Shown here: positions 1 through 14,404 of the stretch, piece after piece
How positions within the stretch are numbered: the stretch's first letter is position 1
How the letters are laid out: every line of letters begins with the position of its first letter
From: Lama guanicoe
Lineage: Eukaryota
Length of the DNA: 64,000 nt
Direction of reading: 5' to 3'
NCBI GenBank assembly: GCA_013239625.1
Contig: MU054212.1
Location: forward strand, 9,472,898-9,536,897
The notes under the pieces: generated by a model
What the model was told of the DNA's origin: nothing
The model's input: the letters and a program-made list of their open reading frames with translations, nothing else
Databases searched by the model: none
Made by a program: the position numbers and the translations under genes

Positions 1-239
1 TAAAGTGATTAGCAAGGTACAAGGACATGAGATACTCAATAAACATTTCCTGAATACATTAAATATTTAGCCTGGAGGTTTTTATAATTTAAGACTTTTA
101 CTAATTCCATGCTCCTTATTCTTTTTTTCAAAATTCCACCTCCTGCATCAGATCTTCCTGAATCCTATAGCCAGATGTGATCTCTCCCACTTCTTAATTC
201 CTCAGACCTTTCATATTATTTTTTACAGCAGTAATAACA

Positions 240-410
240 TCAGTGGTGAAAAACTCTGGGGTCAGATTGGCTGGATGTGAATGTGGGTCACTTACTAGTT
301 TTGTGACCTTGGGCAGGTCTTGTAAGTCCCCTATGGCTTATTTTCCTGATTTGTAAATTAGATATTAAAAAATAGTGTCTATCACAAAGTGTTTTTATGA
401 GGACACATAT
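240..410 (+). mobile_element. MIR
   Basis: cacttactagttttgtgaccttgggcagg core. Confidence 0.65.
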
Positions 411-1700
411 AACTAATTTCTAGAAATGACGCAACTATATAGAGAAAGCTGGAGGGGCATAGGAGCAGAGGAGACCGGGAGAAGGGACTGACTACAGATG
501 GGCACGAGGGAACTCTCTGGAGTGATGAGATATTCTAAGACTGGACTGCAAAGATAAATAAGTAAATGCCATGACAAAAATGTTAAAAACTGGGTTGTGG
601 CCACGCTTTCATAGCTGTATAAATTAACTGCTATTTATCAAACTGTACACTTAAGAGGAACAAATTTTACGGTATTCAAATTATACCCCAATGAAGCTGT
701 TTTTAAAAATAAAAAGAATATGTAGTCTATGGGAAAGACTCAGGGCAGTACCAGGCACATACGAAGCATCGCTGTGTCCGTTAGCTGTTCCTATGACCTT
801 ATCCTGCCTTACGTTATGTATGATGCTTTACCAGGCTGTTCAGAGAGCATCGCAATGCCTATGCTCACAGCTCTCTCCCCGTCTCCATAAACTAAGCCTG
901 AGCTTAATCCCGGCATCAGCCCTTGTGCATCATTAGGTCCTCGGTAAACATTTCCTGGATGCGTTGTGTGAGCCGATGGATTTTGTGTCTAGTACGAAAA
1001 AGTACTGGTTTGGGTTGAGAGTCCTGCAGGGTTGTGTATAAGAAGTCTGAACTATGCATTTATATAACTGGTCTTTTACATCTTACATAATAGAGACCAG
1101 TCAGTGTTGAGTATGGCTTTTGAATTCCAAGGATTTGGTGATCGTTCTGGTGCTAATCTCTGCAGATGTAAGACTCCACCGTGTGGTATTCCCAACATGC
1201 CAAAGCTGTCTTCATGTTATTTGAACATTCACCCTTTCCTCAAAGAATTGAGCAACTCTTCCCAAATAACTTCTTTCAACACCCTGGGCAACAGTTTCTT
1301 AGGAACCAGGAAAAAAACTGTGAATGAGAGTCCACAAGAAAGGCAGGGATGTTAGGAACAGAGGTCACCCCTATAGAGGCTCATCTAACCAGTGAGGCAC
1401 TTGTTTTAGCCCAATGTAGAATTCTTTAAAAGCAACATTCAAGATTCACATCTACCTGAAAGTTCTGGGGGTAGGGTAGGAAAACCCAGATCAGCGGGAC
1501 TTTGATAGGCCGTCAAGTTTAAGAACAAAATCTCTAGTTAGTCTGTTATTGCACAAATGCACTTTTTTAAAACATGATGTTTGTGGATCACTGATGTTTA
1601 CAAAACCAAAACAACCCACTGAGACTTCCATTTGCCGTTGTTTCATTTCAGGTGGGGAAATGGCTTCCTTCTAAAGCTTGGGGATGCCTATAATCTCTAA

Positions 1701-1883
<183 letters not shown>

Positions 1884-2574
1884 TAAGTTGTCAAGGATTT
1901 TTTGCTTTAACGTTCCAGAAAAGAGCGGGGTTTGTTTGTTTGTTTGTTTTTTTGAGTTATTTAATAAGAAGTGAAAAATCTTGACAATTCTTGATGGCTC
2001 TTACTCAAGAGAGAGGCCCTTATTTGGAAGCGTCCAGGTTTGGCCAGGCTGAACTCCTGGAGCCCTTTCCTCTGTACATGTCTTGCCTTAGTTGATAATG
2101 GTAACTGGCAAGGATTTCCATAGAAGTGCAAAGCTTATCCTACCTCTCATCAGTGAGTCTGCTTAGCGTCATGTCCTTCCCGATGCATCATGGGTGGTGA
2201 TACACTTGGACTGTAAGCTTAGCTGACTGAATTAATGGATTCTAAAAACTACAGTGGGTTTTATACTACAATTAAAGAACTGTCAACATTTACTCATAGC
2301 AGAGACATTTGAGGAGTTAATACTTTGATCAGTCTTTTCTGAAGTCAGGAAAAGAAATATGTTATTAAAATTTCTCATATCTAAGTCAACTCCTGTCTTG
2401 TATATTTAAAGCTAAATATGCGAACATCAGCACCAAAAGGGCTTGTTTTATGTTTCCTTGGGGATATAATTATTTGAGCACTTAAATTCCTAGCAACTTA
2501 TCAGATAAATACAGATTTTTTTCAGACTTAATTTTAAAGAACTTTTGGGCACTGTCTCTTACATAGTGGGTAGT

Positions 2575-2795
2575 AATAATTGCTGTCATCCATTAAGCAT
2601 TCACTAGGTGCCCAGCCCTGTGTATGCCTTATCTGATTTAGTCTTCATCACAGCCTTATGTGTTGGTACTACTGTCATCCTCATTTTGAAAATCAGGAAA
2701 CTAAGGCTCAGAGAGGTTGAGTGACTTGCCTAAGGTCACATAGCTGGTAAGAGGTAGACCCAGCATTTCAGACTCCAAAGCTCTTAATCTTAAGT
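2575..2795 (-). mobile_element. MIR
   Basis: ggaaactaaggctcagagaggttgagtgacttgcctaaggtcacatagct core. Confidence 0.8.
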
Positions 2796-5700
2796 ATTAT
2801 AATAGTTAACAATGACAATCTTCCTATTTTGGAAGCCACCCACAATCAAGAGAAAGTTTAACTAGTTTACCACATTCTCAGCCCATGATTCCTTCCTTCT
2901 GGTTTTAATGCTGCCATTAATGGCATTTTGCCAAAGACCTACAGTGAGTTGTGGTTCTTGAAGCTTTGATGGTGCTCCCTCTTTGGACCACTTAACGTTG
3001 TGGCTTAATGCCTGTGCTCAGAGAGGATTCATCCTAGCCACCTGGAGGAGTTTCTTTGGAGGAGTTGTAAGTAAAGAGGAAAGACAATCTGGATTTTCAA
3101 ACTCAGAGACTTTTACTAGTTGAAGATCTTTGACGCTGAGATCCTCAGTGAGACCTTTCACACCGCTGTAACGTGTTTTTGATGGTTGCACTTCAGTTTA
3201 GAGAGCAGCATGAAAAAGAAGACTGAAATGTTTCCCCAGTAAGGGTTTTGTGGAACATTCTTAGCACACATTTTCTGAAATGACCACATCCACTTCGTTG
3301 AGTTTTACAAGCCCAGGTTAAAATTGCTGGGAAGGCTCCTATTTATGGACCTTAAAAAATGCTTTCTTTACCTGTTAGTTCTTAATACTGCAGATCAGCT
3401 AAATACAGATTCTCGGAAGCTTCTTAAATAATGAGCATTTGGGTAAATAAAACAATGTGTAGCACGCCAGATTTTATCCTTAGAACTGCATAGTGGCATA
3501 TTATAGGTCTATTATACAAAGTGCAGAGTCCAAAAAAACAGATTCAGTACTATGAAAATCAGTTACCAGGAAAACACGGTGGTTGCTTTCCAGATTTCAG
3601 AATCAAGATTATTTGAATTATTTTTATTTCAAAGTGTAAGGAAGGCATTTTTCATAGACGACTTTTACACGCAAACTCTTAATGCAAGAGAAAAACCTGT
3701 TGTTCCTCATCCCAACAAAACCTTGACGGTACCGAGGAGGACAAGAGTAAGAGCCCTTTCCTTGTTCCCCTAACCGCCAAAACTTTTCTAGACCTGCAGA
3801 AAAGGATGGGGATGGGACAGATGCCAGTGGAAGACAGGTTTTCCTTTGTTCTCTGGACAGTGCTAACACCTAGAAGAGTCCCATACGGGCCCATGTGCAG
3901 GTGATAAAACCCTGTGTGGCAAAGTCATCTTTCTCATTCACAATGTAGGTTGCTAATTGTTCTCTCTGCTGCCTGTCAATATCATGTGAAATTTTCATTC
4001 CCCATTCAAGATGGGAAAAGTTGTGGCTGAAAATGTTAACATTTGCATTTTTATTTGTTGATTTATTTAAAGGACAGCCTCTCCTACAGCAATCCATCAC
4101 TTGGTGACACCCCAAATATGAATAATGTATTGTAGACTTTGCAGTTACATTTTGTAATAAGTGTTAGAGACAGTAAAGGAATGTTAACTATGTTGCAAAT
4201 GTAATATTTATTGACGCATAAAGTTTATTGCTTTCCAGGTTCAATAATACTGACCATAGGACGTTAATATCACTTATCCTGATTTTAGCAGGGCACCTTT
4301 GTATGTAGAAATATTCATCTATCTCATGCTAACAAAATAAATCTGTAATTTACAGCACAAGCTAAGAGGGCTTTATAGTGTTCCGAGAGCTGCAATGCTT
4401 CTTGCATCCCATTTTATTTCTGGCCTCCAACACTGATCACACACCTCTGAGTTGTCCAAGAAAGTAACCTCAGTGGGCATCTTGACACAAGTGGGTGGCG
4501 CCACTGAACTAAACAGTGCCATGCATTTCTGCTTGACCGGAACTGGCGACGCCCACAGACCATTCCTCCTGGAGAGGGGACTGTCATTCTGGACAGCTGA
4601 TGGTTAGGTGCGCCTTCGCTCAGAAAGAAAGTTGAACAAACACTTTTCCTGACGTGACACTGAGTCAGAGTTTACCGATTCTACTTGATTCTCTGGCCTC
4701 CAGGGAGAAGCCAGAGCTGGGCAAGTTCCCAGTGAATCTGTTATGAGCTCAGATGTTGCTGAAAATTAACCCTTTTGTGCCTTCCGGAATTAGTTGTGTC
4801 CATTGCCAGCATAAAGATCGCACAAGAAATATCTGAGACCCAAAGCGAAAGAAGTGATGTTAATTAGCAACCATCAGCTGTAATTGTCATCCCCATTAAG
4901 ATGCAGAATTATGTAGTTCTTCGTTATAAATAACCTTTCTAATTGTACTTGATGTATGCCAATTTAATCAAAAAGTATACTTGCAACAGGCAGATATTTG
5001 CATTAATGTAGCTTTGGATCCTCAAATCTTTTATTTCAAATTTGACTGGGGAAAAAAGTCTATTACATGCTGTGTATTTTTTATATGTTGCTGTCTTTTT
5101 CTATTCAGGTATGTAGATCTGAGACATTTTATATTAAAATGAAGACAATATCTTCTGGATGATTTAATGAAACAAATCTTGTCACTTTTTTAAATACTAG
5201 TGGAGTTTCTCTCTCTCAGTCACATGATAACAAACTGATAAACAGACTCAGTCCTTGAAGTAAAAAGTTACTATGGCCCCTTCTCTCTGTTCTTCCCTGA
5301 CTCATGAGTGTTAAGACTAGTTCTCTTGGCCTCTTTCTTTTGTCTCCTGTGAGATGTGAGGAGAGAGAGGCAGATCTCAACAAATCATGCTTAATTAGTG
5401 AATTTGGTGAACTGAAGTTAGTCTGTTTCTAGGAAGTACTCTTCACCTCTCTAGCTTTTTTCAGAAAAATTAGTTTTCATCACAACACCAAGTTGAAGGT
5501 TTTTGTTTTACTTTGTTTTGTTTTTTGAGTTATGTCATGGGGGATAATTTTGTAGAGCTTCTGCTTTGTAGAGGAGGGATGGAAAATATTTGTGTAAGTA
5601 CTTTGAAGGACTTAATAGGTTATTTGGGGACTTTAAAAAATAATAGCTTTGTTTCTTTTTTTTTTTTAAGACTTTGGTCCTTTGCTATCAAACCTTGTGC

Positions 5701-5944
5701 TTAATGTGTTCTGAAATTTTTGCTGTAAGTTTACACCTTGCTGAACTGTCCACAGCACAATTACCGGTGTGCAGTCATGCTTACAGCTGACTTGAAGGTG
5801 GCTCATGGAAACTCCTTGCCCACTGAGGTTGGGAGCAAGGAATCCAGGCTCAGAATATTGGAGACTTGCGCCCACACTCTGAAGCCCAGGCTAGGAAGGA
5901 TCCAAGTACCCTGAAATCTAGAGCTTAAACTTCTCTCTGTTTTG

Positions 5945-7308
5945 AAGATACTGTTTTCCTTTGGAAAAATGTCTATCCAGGTCCTTTGCCCATCTTTTAA
6001 ACAGACTATTTGCTATTTGCTATTGAGTTGTAAGAGTTCCTTATGCGTACTTATCAGATGTATAGTTTGCAGATATTTTATCCCAGTCTGTAGGTTGCTG
6101 TTTCACTTTGCCAGCTGTTTCCTCTGCAGTGCAGAAGCTCTGTCGTTTGATGTAGTTCCACCTGTTTATTTTTGCTCTTGTTGCCTGAGCTTTTGCTGCC
6201 ACAGCCAAAAACTCATTTCAAAGGTTGATGTCAGGAGCTTTTCTCCTGTGTTTTCTTCTAGGAGATTTACAGCCTCTGGTCTTACATTTCAGTCTGAAAT
6301 CCATCTTGAGTTAATTTTTGTATGTAGTGTAAGATGAGAGTCCAGTTTTCCCAGCATCATTTATTGAAGAGGCTCTCCTTTCCCCATTGCATGTTGTTGG
6401 TACCCTTGTTGAAAACTAGTTGACTGTTTATGCTTGGATTTGTTTTGGGGTTCTTGATTCTGTCCCATGAATCCATGTGTTTTTTTATGCCAGTACCATA
6501 CTGTTTTGATTACTATAGATTTATAATATAATTTGAAATCAAGAAGTGTGATTTCTCCAACTTTGTTCTTTCTCAAGATTGCTTTAGCTATTCAGAGCCT
6601 TTTAGGTTCCATGTGAATTTTAAGATTGCTTTTTCTATTCTTGTGAAAAATGTCATTGAAATTTTGATAGAGATTACACGAATCTGTATATCACTTTGGG
6701 TGCTACGGACGTTTTAACAATATTAATTATTCCAATCCATAAACACAGGGTATCTTTCTGTCCACTTGTGTCCTCTTCAGTTCTTTTCATCAATGTTATA
6801 TAGTCTTCAATGTACAAATATTTCACCTCATTGATTAAATTTATTCCTAAGTATTTTATTCTTTTTGATGCTATCGTATTTTTTTGCTTGATTTCCTCTT
6901 CTAATAGATCATTGTTGGTGTAAAGAGACACAACTGATTTTTGTATCTCAATTTTCTATCCTGCAACTTTACTGAATTCATTCCTTACTTCTAACAGGTT
7001 TTTGTGCGTGTGTGTGGAGCCTTTAGGGTTTCCTACGTACAGAGTCATGCCATTTGAAGAGATAAATTTACTGCTTAACTATTTAGATGCCTTTTACTTC
7101 CTTCCTTCCTCCCTCCCTCCCTTTGTTGAGTGAAAGTGGCAAGCACAAGCATCCTCGCTTTGTACCAAATCCTAGGGAAAGATTTCAGCGTTTCTCCCGT
7201 GATTATGATGTTAGCCGTGGCCTTTTCACACGTGGGCTTTATTGTATTGAGGAAATTTCCTTCTATATGTATTTTATTGAGAGTTTTTAATCCTGAATAG
7301 ATGCTGAA
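5945..7308 (-). mobile_element. L1 ORF2 fragment (inverted 5' part of a 5'-inverted L1)
   Basis: Minus-strand ORF2-like peptides: [37 protein letters not shown]. Confidence 0.9.
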
Positions 7309-8240
7309 CTTTTTCAAAGAAGATATACATACAGATTCCAACAGCTTAATGAAAAGATGCTCTTTGACACAACATTGTAAAATGACTATCACTCAATAAA
7401 AAAAAATGTTAAAAAAAGAAAAGAAAAGAAAAGAAAAGAAAAGATGGTCAGCCTTACTAATCATCAGGTAAATGCAAATGAAAACCACAATGAGATATCA
7501 CCTTATACCTGTTGGGATGGCTGTTATCAAAAAGGTAACAAATATTGGCAAAGATGTGGAGAAAAGGGAACTCTTACACACTGTTGGTGGGAATGTAAAT
7601 TGGTACGACTATTATGAAAAACATGGAGGTTCCTCAAAAACTAGAATAGAGCTACCATATGATCCAGCAGTTCCACTTTTGGATACATATATGGAGGAAA
7701 TAAAATAAGTACGTCAAAGAGGTATCTGCACCCTCATGGTCATTCCAGCATTATTCACAGTAGCCAAGGTGTGGGAACAACCTGAGTCTCTATCAATATA
7801 TGAATGGACTGTGGAATATTATTCAGCCTTTAAAAAGACCTGCTAAGTGAAATAAGCTAGACACAAAAATACTGCATGATCTCACTTAGCTGTGGAATCT
7901 AAAAAGGCCGAGTCATAGAAGCAGAGAGTAGAATGGTGGTTACTGGGAGTGGGAAGGTGGAGGAAATGGGATGTTGGTCAAAGGGCACAAAGTTGCAGTT
8001 ATGCGGGATGATTAAGTCCAGAAATCTAATGTACAGCGTGGTGACTATAGTTAGCAATACTGTATTAAAATAGTGAAATTTGCTAAAAGAGTAGATTTCA
8101 GGTGCTGTTACCACACATAGAAAAATAATTATAATTATACAGGGAGATGGATATGTTAATTAGCTTGACTGTAGTAATTTCATTATGCATATGTATATAT
8201 CAAAACATCATGTTGTATAATATCTAGTTTTTATTTTTTT
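7309..8240 (+). mobile_element. L1 ORF2 C-terminus and 3'UTR (L1MA-like)
   Basis: [31 protein letters not shown], then L1MA-type 3'UTR sequence. Confidence 0.88.
7363..7437 (+). mobile_element. Very short, younger L1 3'-end insertion nested in the older L1
   Basis: tttgacacaacattgtaaaatga..AATAAA plus an A/GAAAA tail. TSD GAAAAGATG(C/G)TC at 7351-7362 and 7438-7449. Same family as 26404-26681. Confidence 0.8.
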
Positions 8241-8719
8241 AATGAGTGTTTTTTTAATCTTTATTTTCACCTAAGTAGCTTGACATGAAAATCCAGTTGC
8301 TTCCAGCTCTAGATATGATGGTACAGCCTTTAAAAAGTGCTTGGACAGCTGGTGGTATCTTGGTCCTCTGCTGTGCCAGGGAGGGGGACAACTCTTCCTG
8401 CATTTGTCCCCCTTCATTCCCTGTGGGTTATAAACGAAGGCTTTGGCCCCTGGGCAGTATAAGCATTGTTTAGTTTCCCGCTGTACATTGCCAGGAACCA
8501 CTCAGATTACAAAGAAGGGAAAATCGTGTAAATATGCTGTTCCTGATTGTAACAATGATCTGTTTTATCTCTGGCAACAAAATTCTGGATTGACAGCTGC
8601 CAGGGGATTCAAAACCTTCACAAGAAAAACATTTCTATTATACTAGTAACAAAAATATAATGCTGAAAATTATAATTACCTGTTCACAGTCCTTGGCATG
8701 GCACCTTAGAGCTGTCAGA

Positions 8720-8895
8720 ACGATTTAACATGCATTGTCTCATTTAAATCACACTCAAGCCCCAAGAGGTAAGTAGGAGTATTTTACAATGAGGAAATGA
8801 GAACTGAAAGAGACCAAGTGACTGTCCAAGGTCACACAGTAAGGAAGCAGAGAAGACCTGAATGCGGTGCTTCTGATCCCAAATTTCAGTGTTTT
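8720..8895 (-). mobile_element. MIR
   Basis: aagtgactgtccaaggtcacacagtaag core. Confidence 0.7.
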
Positions 8896-11574
8896 TTTTC
8901 ATTCTTCCACACTGTGTGGAACTTGGATTTGGTTCTGAGGTGTAGGCACTAAGCTGATAAAATTCTGGTTTACAGTAGGAATTGGACAGACTTACTTCAA
9001 GAGTTAGAATTTGTTTGTATAACTTGATATGAAGAAACGCAGTCTTACAGAGAAGGGAAGTGCTGTGTCCCTTACACACAGCAGCCAAATTGCAACGCTT
9101 TCTTGCGCTTGTGCCCAGAATCCTAACTGTAACAAAATCTTTCTTCAAAAAAAATCAGACTTTTTCTCACCTATACATTCACACAAATATTTTTAGTACT
9201 TAACCAGATTTCCGCAAGTGCCTAGCACACAATAATGTGTTATTTTCCCAAGATGGAGAGAAAGGTACTAAACTAAAATCCCAAACCTCAAACTAGAGCC
9301 TCACAGGCACTACTTGGCTTCACGTGGTAGGTCTGAGCAGCAGACCTCACTGCCGCTGTGCAATAGAGCCCATGAGTGATGACCATACAGGTCAATTCTG
9401 GCTACTAGTCGTTGAATGCCTGTTACGTATCAGGTGTTATGTTGGGCTTGTTCAGCTATATCCATTCATGATGTGTGTTCATACACATTACGTATCACTG
9501 TAAAGCTCCTTTAATGACTATTAAAACTCAGTTTCAAAGTATTAGATAGGTTTTCCTCTTTGATTCTTCAAAATGACTTCCAAAAATGTGGGCTCCTAGG
9601 CCAAGAACTATCATCTTGGCTTTATCTGCCCTCCAAGTAACAGTTCACGCACTGCACACAATCAAAGTAGCATTTACTGTAACTTTTCTGTTTTGCGTAT
9701 ATTGTAAACAACAAAATAAAAACAAAACTTAATAAAACATTGTACATAAAATGATGACAATAAAAAGGGATAATATGAAAGCTTCAGAAAACAATGGGTT
9801 GATGTAAAAGAAAAAATGAAGTTACAAATACAACTGTCGTCCATATCAGGAGAACGAAAAGCCCAGCCATTCAAAGGGGGTTTTATTTAAACTGGGTTGA
9901 TAAAGTGAAATTCCCTGCCAGCAAGTGCCTTGCTAACAAGAACAGTTGAATGCATGGCATTTCTTACGTATTTGAGGAAAAGATGTTGCTTTTAAAAGTT
10001 AAGCCATGATGTTGCGCTGTTACTATGATTCCCACCATTAAAAGCCATTAATAAAATCATCCATTCGTCTTGCACACACTGCTTGTAGAGTGTACAAATT
10101 AAGAAAACTGAAATAAATAGGCCAGGTAGAAATGATGAAGACACAGTATAATTCCAAGAAGTGACTTCAGCTCGAGAAACTTGTCAAGACATCCTTGACA
10201 CAGGAGGAACATGCCGCACAGGGAAGGTGTACATTACAGCAGCGTTACTGGTCACTTTCTAGTCCTTGGCGTCAGGGAATCTCTCTAAATTCTAGGTGAA
10301 GGGATTGTAAGAGCTGTTTTTTGCACTTCACTACATTTTCCAGATGTTTTACAACAATAATGTATTACAGAATTTTAAAAACAATATTTAAAAGGAAAAC
10401 AAAGGGCACGCATTTATGGGAAGTAAACCCATTTCAAAAGTTTACACTCTGCAGTTCCAGATAGTCGCAAAAAATCGAAGGTTACCCTTGGAACATATGA
10501 CATGATTGTGTTATCTCTTTGTTGAGCCAGCAATAGGTGAGGATTATGCTTCCTTGGTGGGTCTCCTCCAGGAGACCCTGAACTCTGAAAAACGCTATGA
10601 TTGGTGACATCTGTGCAGCATTGCCAGCTCCTGCGATCATTTCACAGTTTCTCCCCTCGTGAACTGCTGTTTTAGAGTTGTTCACTTGGTCCAAGGTCAT
10701 CAAATTCCCTAAACCTCAACGTTAAGAAACATTTGTTGAGTATCCCTCGCCATCCTAGACACTTGTATAAGAATTCGTGTATGTTTGTTACCTAATGTAA
10801 TCCTTAAAACAGTCATGAGAAAGGAAAGCTCAGAGAGGCAGTTAGAGAGCAGCGAAGAGCCCGGGGGTAATCACTGTAACACCGAGGTTTACAGGCCTAG
10901 GTTTGAATGCTAGCCTCAGTGGTTTTGAACAAATCGCTTAATTTAATCTATTAAATGGGGATAATAACATCTCCCTCGCAGTCTTACGATGATTAAGCAA
11001 GACAGTTTACATAAAGCACTAAGCACAGTCCTGGCATATGGCTACGTCGTCGCTGTCGCTGTGGAACTTCCCAAAGCTGGATGGGCAATGAGAACAAAGC
11101 TCAGGTTTGAACCTTGCCGGCGTGATCCCAAGCTCTATGTGAGTTCCCTGACAAAAGGTTAGGAATAGGGTGCGGTTCATATCAAAGGCAATAGGGCTGT
11201 ATTTTTTAATATTCACCATGCAAACGTGCTTTCAAACACGCCTGTTCCTTTATCTCCCTAAGCCTGATTCCTCGTGTGAAAATAAGAATATTACTAACTA
11301 CCTGGCAGATTTGCTCAGAGGATTAAATATAATTACGTGTGCAAAGCCTTAACTTGGTGCTGGCCGCAGCATGCACTCAGTGTTAGCTTCTTTCTCTGTG
11401 GTCTGGGCAACAAGACTTTTGGGGGGCATCTACCAAATGTGCTGAGGGGCAGTGCTCTGAAGTGTAGCCTAGAAGTGAACTGAATGACCCTGCTTTCAAA
11501 GTTACTGATAGTGGATTTCTTCCCATAATTAGCCCTTTATAAAAATTCTGAAAGGGCTTAGTTCCCTTCAGAGC

Positions 11575-11760
11575 AGTAGTTCTGAAATCTGTCTGCACCC
11601 TGGAATCACTTAGGAATCTTTGTCAAAGTACTTATCTCTAGGCCTCGCCCAGATTCATTGAATCAGAATTGCCAGGAATGGGCACCAGCAATGTGTATTT
11701 CTTTTTCCCCAGTGGCTCTGGTGTACTTGGTCTAAAGACACACATTTGGAAGCCCCAGCT
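11575..11760. mobile_element. MER5A-like hAT-Charlie MITE
   Basis: cagtagttct..ggaatcacttagg..gaatcagaa..ccccagtggctctggtg. Confidence 0.6.
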
Positions 11761-12089
11761 CTGGGGCTGCCTGTCTTTTCACTACCTAACTCCTGCACAC
11801 CAGCATTCTCCCTTCCTCCTTTCTGCCCTCAACCTGCCCCAGGGCCTTTCCTTTCCATTAGCAATTTTCTTTAGCCATTGTCATCCTCTCCCCAAGGGAC
11901 TATCAGAATACAATAATAACCCTGCAGTGAAAAAAGAAATGATTAAGAAGCCCTTGAAGAATTCCACTTATCAACCTCAACTGTTTAAATTGGAAACTGA
12001 TCCCTAAGACATATTATTGATGGCATCCTTCTCCATAAAATGCTTATGGACACATCATTCTATCTATAAGGGAACCCTCAGCAAACAGG

Positions 12090-12355
12090 AGAAAGGCTTC
12101 TAAGGAAATCACTCCTAATGTTTTCTACCTCTTTCCTCCTCCTCTGCTTTATCCTTTTTCATAGTACTTATCACCTTCCAATATACTATGCAGTTTATTG
12201 ATGTGTTTTATTTGTCATCTCCCTGTCCTATGCCACGTAGAATGTAAATTCATGAGGACAAAGATTTTATTTATTGCTATCTCCCTGTGCTAGAGCAGAG
12301 CCTGGCTCATAATAGACATTTAATAAATATTTGTTGGATGAATGAAAATGAATGC
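12090..12355 (+). mobile_element. L2 3' end
   Basis: tagaatgtaaattcatgaggac..gcctggctcataatagacatttaataaatatttgttggatgaatgaa. Confidence 0.75.
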
Positions 12356-12399
12356 ATGATCACAAAACAAATGTTTCCGTATTTCTTTTTAAATGTTTT

Positions 12400-12536
12400 T
12401 TGTTGGGGGCAGGGCAGGTAATTAGGTTTATTTATTTATTTATTTATTTATTTTTAGAGGAGATACTGGGGATTGAACCCGGGACCTCATGCATGCTAAG
12501 CATGCGCTCTACCACTTGAGCTATAACCTACCCCCC
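12400..12536 (-). mobile_element. tRNA(Ala)-derived SINE (camelid Vic-1-like)
   Basis: Minus strand has A box TAGCTCAAGTGG, B box GGTTCAATCC, an AGC anticodon-like loop and a (AAAT)n tract. TSD AAATGTTTT at 12391-12399 and 12537-12545. Confidence 0.85.
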
Positions 12537-14404
12537 AAATGTTTTCTTTTAAGTTGACCGGTTCATACATTCATGGAGACAACTATTTCCCTTCAGTTCT
12601 TCTCCACGTCTGCAAAAGAATCATGGTTTGTACCCAGCTTATACGTTTGTTGTGCTTCATTTACTTCCTAAAACTTTTTTGCATTTTCATCCACTGGAAG
12701 ATTTTCCCATTTTATAAGAATTGGAAATGTCTAGGTTTTCAGGAGGTTTCCAGGCTGGAGGACAGCAGATTCTCAGTGGTGACCAGTGTCAGCATGTTCT
12801 TTGCATTGGAATTTGATTGCTTAGGTAATGTCTCATGATTGTGTTCACTTAGTGCATATAGAATATACCCCATTCTGTTTTCTTGTGCTCAGCCATTCAC
12901 AGAGCTTCTTCTAAAGCTCTGCTTTGACCTGTGGCTAGTTTTCTGTTTGGATTTTCTCAAGTTAAAACCCTTGCATGCAGATAGGCAGGAGGGCTTATAG
13001 GAAAGGGCTTTAGAATTAAAGTGCAAAGACTTGGATTCCATCCTACCTTTACAGCTTAGCAGGGCAAAACCCTACCAGAGTCCCTGACCACATGGGACCC
13101 GAGTTTTCCAGCTGTCCATCCTATGTCTGAATCTTACCCTTTGTTTAGAGATAAAATCAAAATGAAAACATGGGCGCCTATTTCTTGATTTCAGAATACT
13201 TTACACATTTTAAAGATAAAATAATGAAGAGATGAATATTTTCAAAAGTAGTTAAATAATTGATTTCACAGTAACATGGTTCAAACTTCTTCTCAAAATC
13301 TTTGGCTTTTGTTCCATCCAGTAGTTTAGAAATGCTAAGTAGATAAACAGACTTGGCACCACGTCATTCACAGCACAGCGAAGAGAAGTTCCGTGGGTGT
13401 CTCTGGCCTTCCCTGTTGACAGGGCCAGGTACAATTTACATTCCCTGAGATTATGCTCTGTGAACATGTGTTTACTGAAGGCTTTTTTCATTTTTGGTGC
13501 TTAAACGAAATTGTGTCTTACTTTAGGAAGGACACGAGGAGAAAAAGAGAAAAACATTAGTATCCTTGAGGTCCAAATTGAGGTCATTAGTCATATAGAA
13601 AAAAGTGACTGTATATTAGTGTAGGCGGCATGCTTTGCCTTAGGAAAAGAATGGCCAGGATCGTGCAGAAGAGCGCCAAGAATGCCACTGAGTAAATCAA
13701 AGACTTTATCAACAAGAATTCTTATAATGAAGAAGATGAAGAATAATGTAGTAGTTAAAGGTCATTGACTAATGTGTTTTTCAGCTCCGCTGGACACTTC
13801 TATACACTGTTTATATATTCAAATATATATATATACACACACCACTTTGAATATATTTAACACTTTTCGTATTTCCCCCATAAATGATTTGCTTTTGATA
13901 TTAATGAGATAAGCTCCCTGCCAAAAGAGATATGACAGTCCTTTTTTTTTTTTTTTCTTTCAGCCTAGCTTTCCTATATTTCTTACAGAGAAATTCATTT
14001 CAACATTTTGTTATCATCTGGAAATTTTTGTGAGTTTAACCACAAAAATTAAGAGACAGGTACATAGGAAAGCTCTTTATAAACAGTAAAGGGGAAATAC
14101 ATGAATATTGTTATTTTCATTTCCCTTAAGACTTCTGGAAGATGTCTTCTATACCTTTTTAGGGAATATGAATGAGCCACTTGCTGTACAAATCCTAACA
14201 TTACCCATGAAAGAAAGATTCCAAGTTGGTCTTGAAACTCAAGAGTAATTGGCCAGTGCATTACCTGTTTACTTGCCAAGTCTTTCATTGATTTTCTTTC
14301 TGATGTGGGGGCATACTGAAGTAAGACGATTACTGAGATTGGAAGTTCATCATCTTGTTGCTTGGTACTCGTCCCTAACTGCTTATAATGATATAAGCTT
14401 GGTT

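Noticed and set aside
12460..12536. tRNA-Ala(AGC)-like gene
   Set aside because: The acceptor stem is not properly paired, and it has a SINE tail and TSDs.
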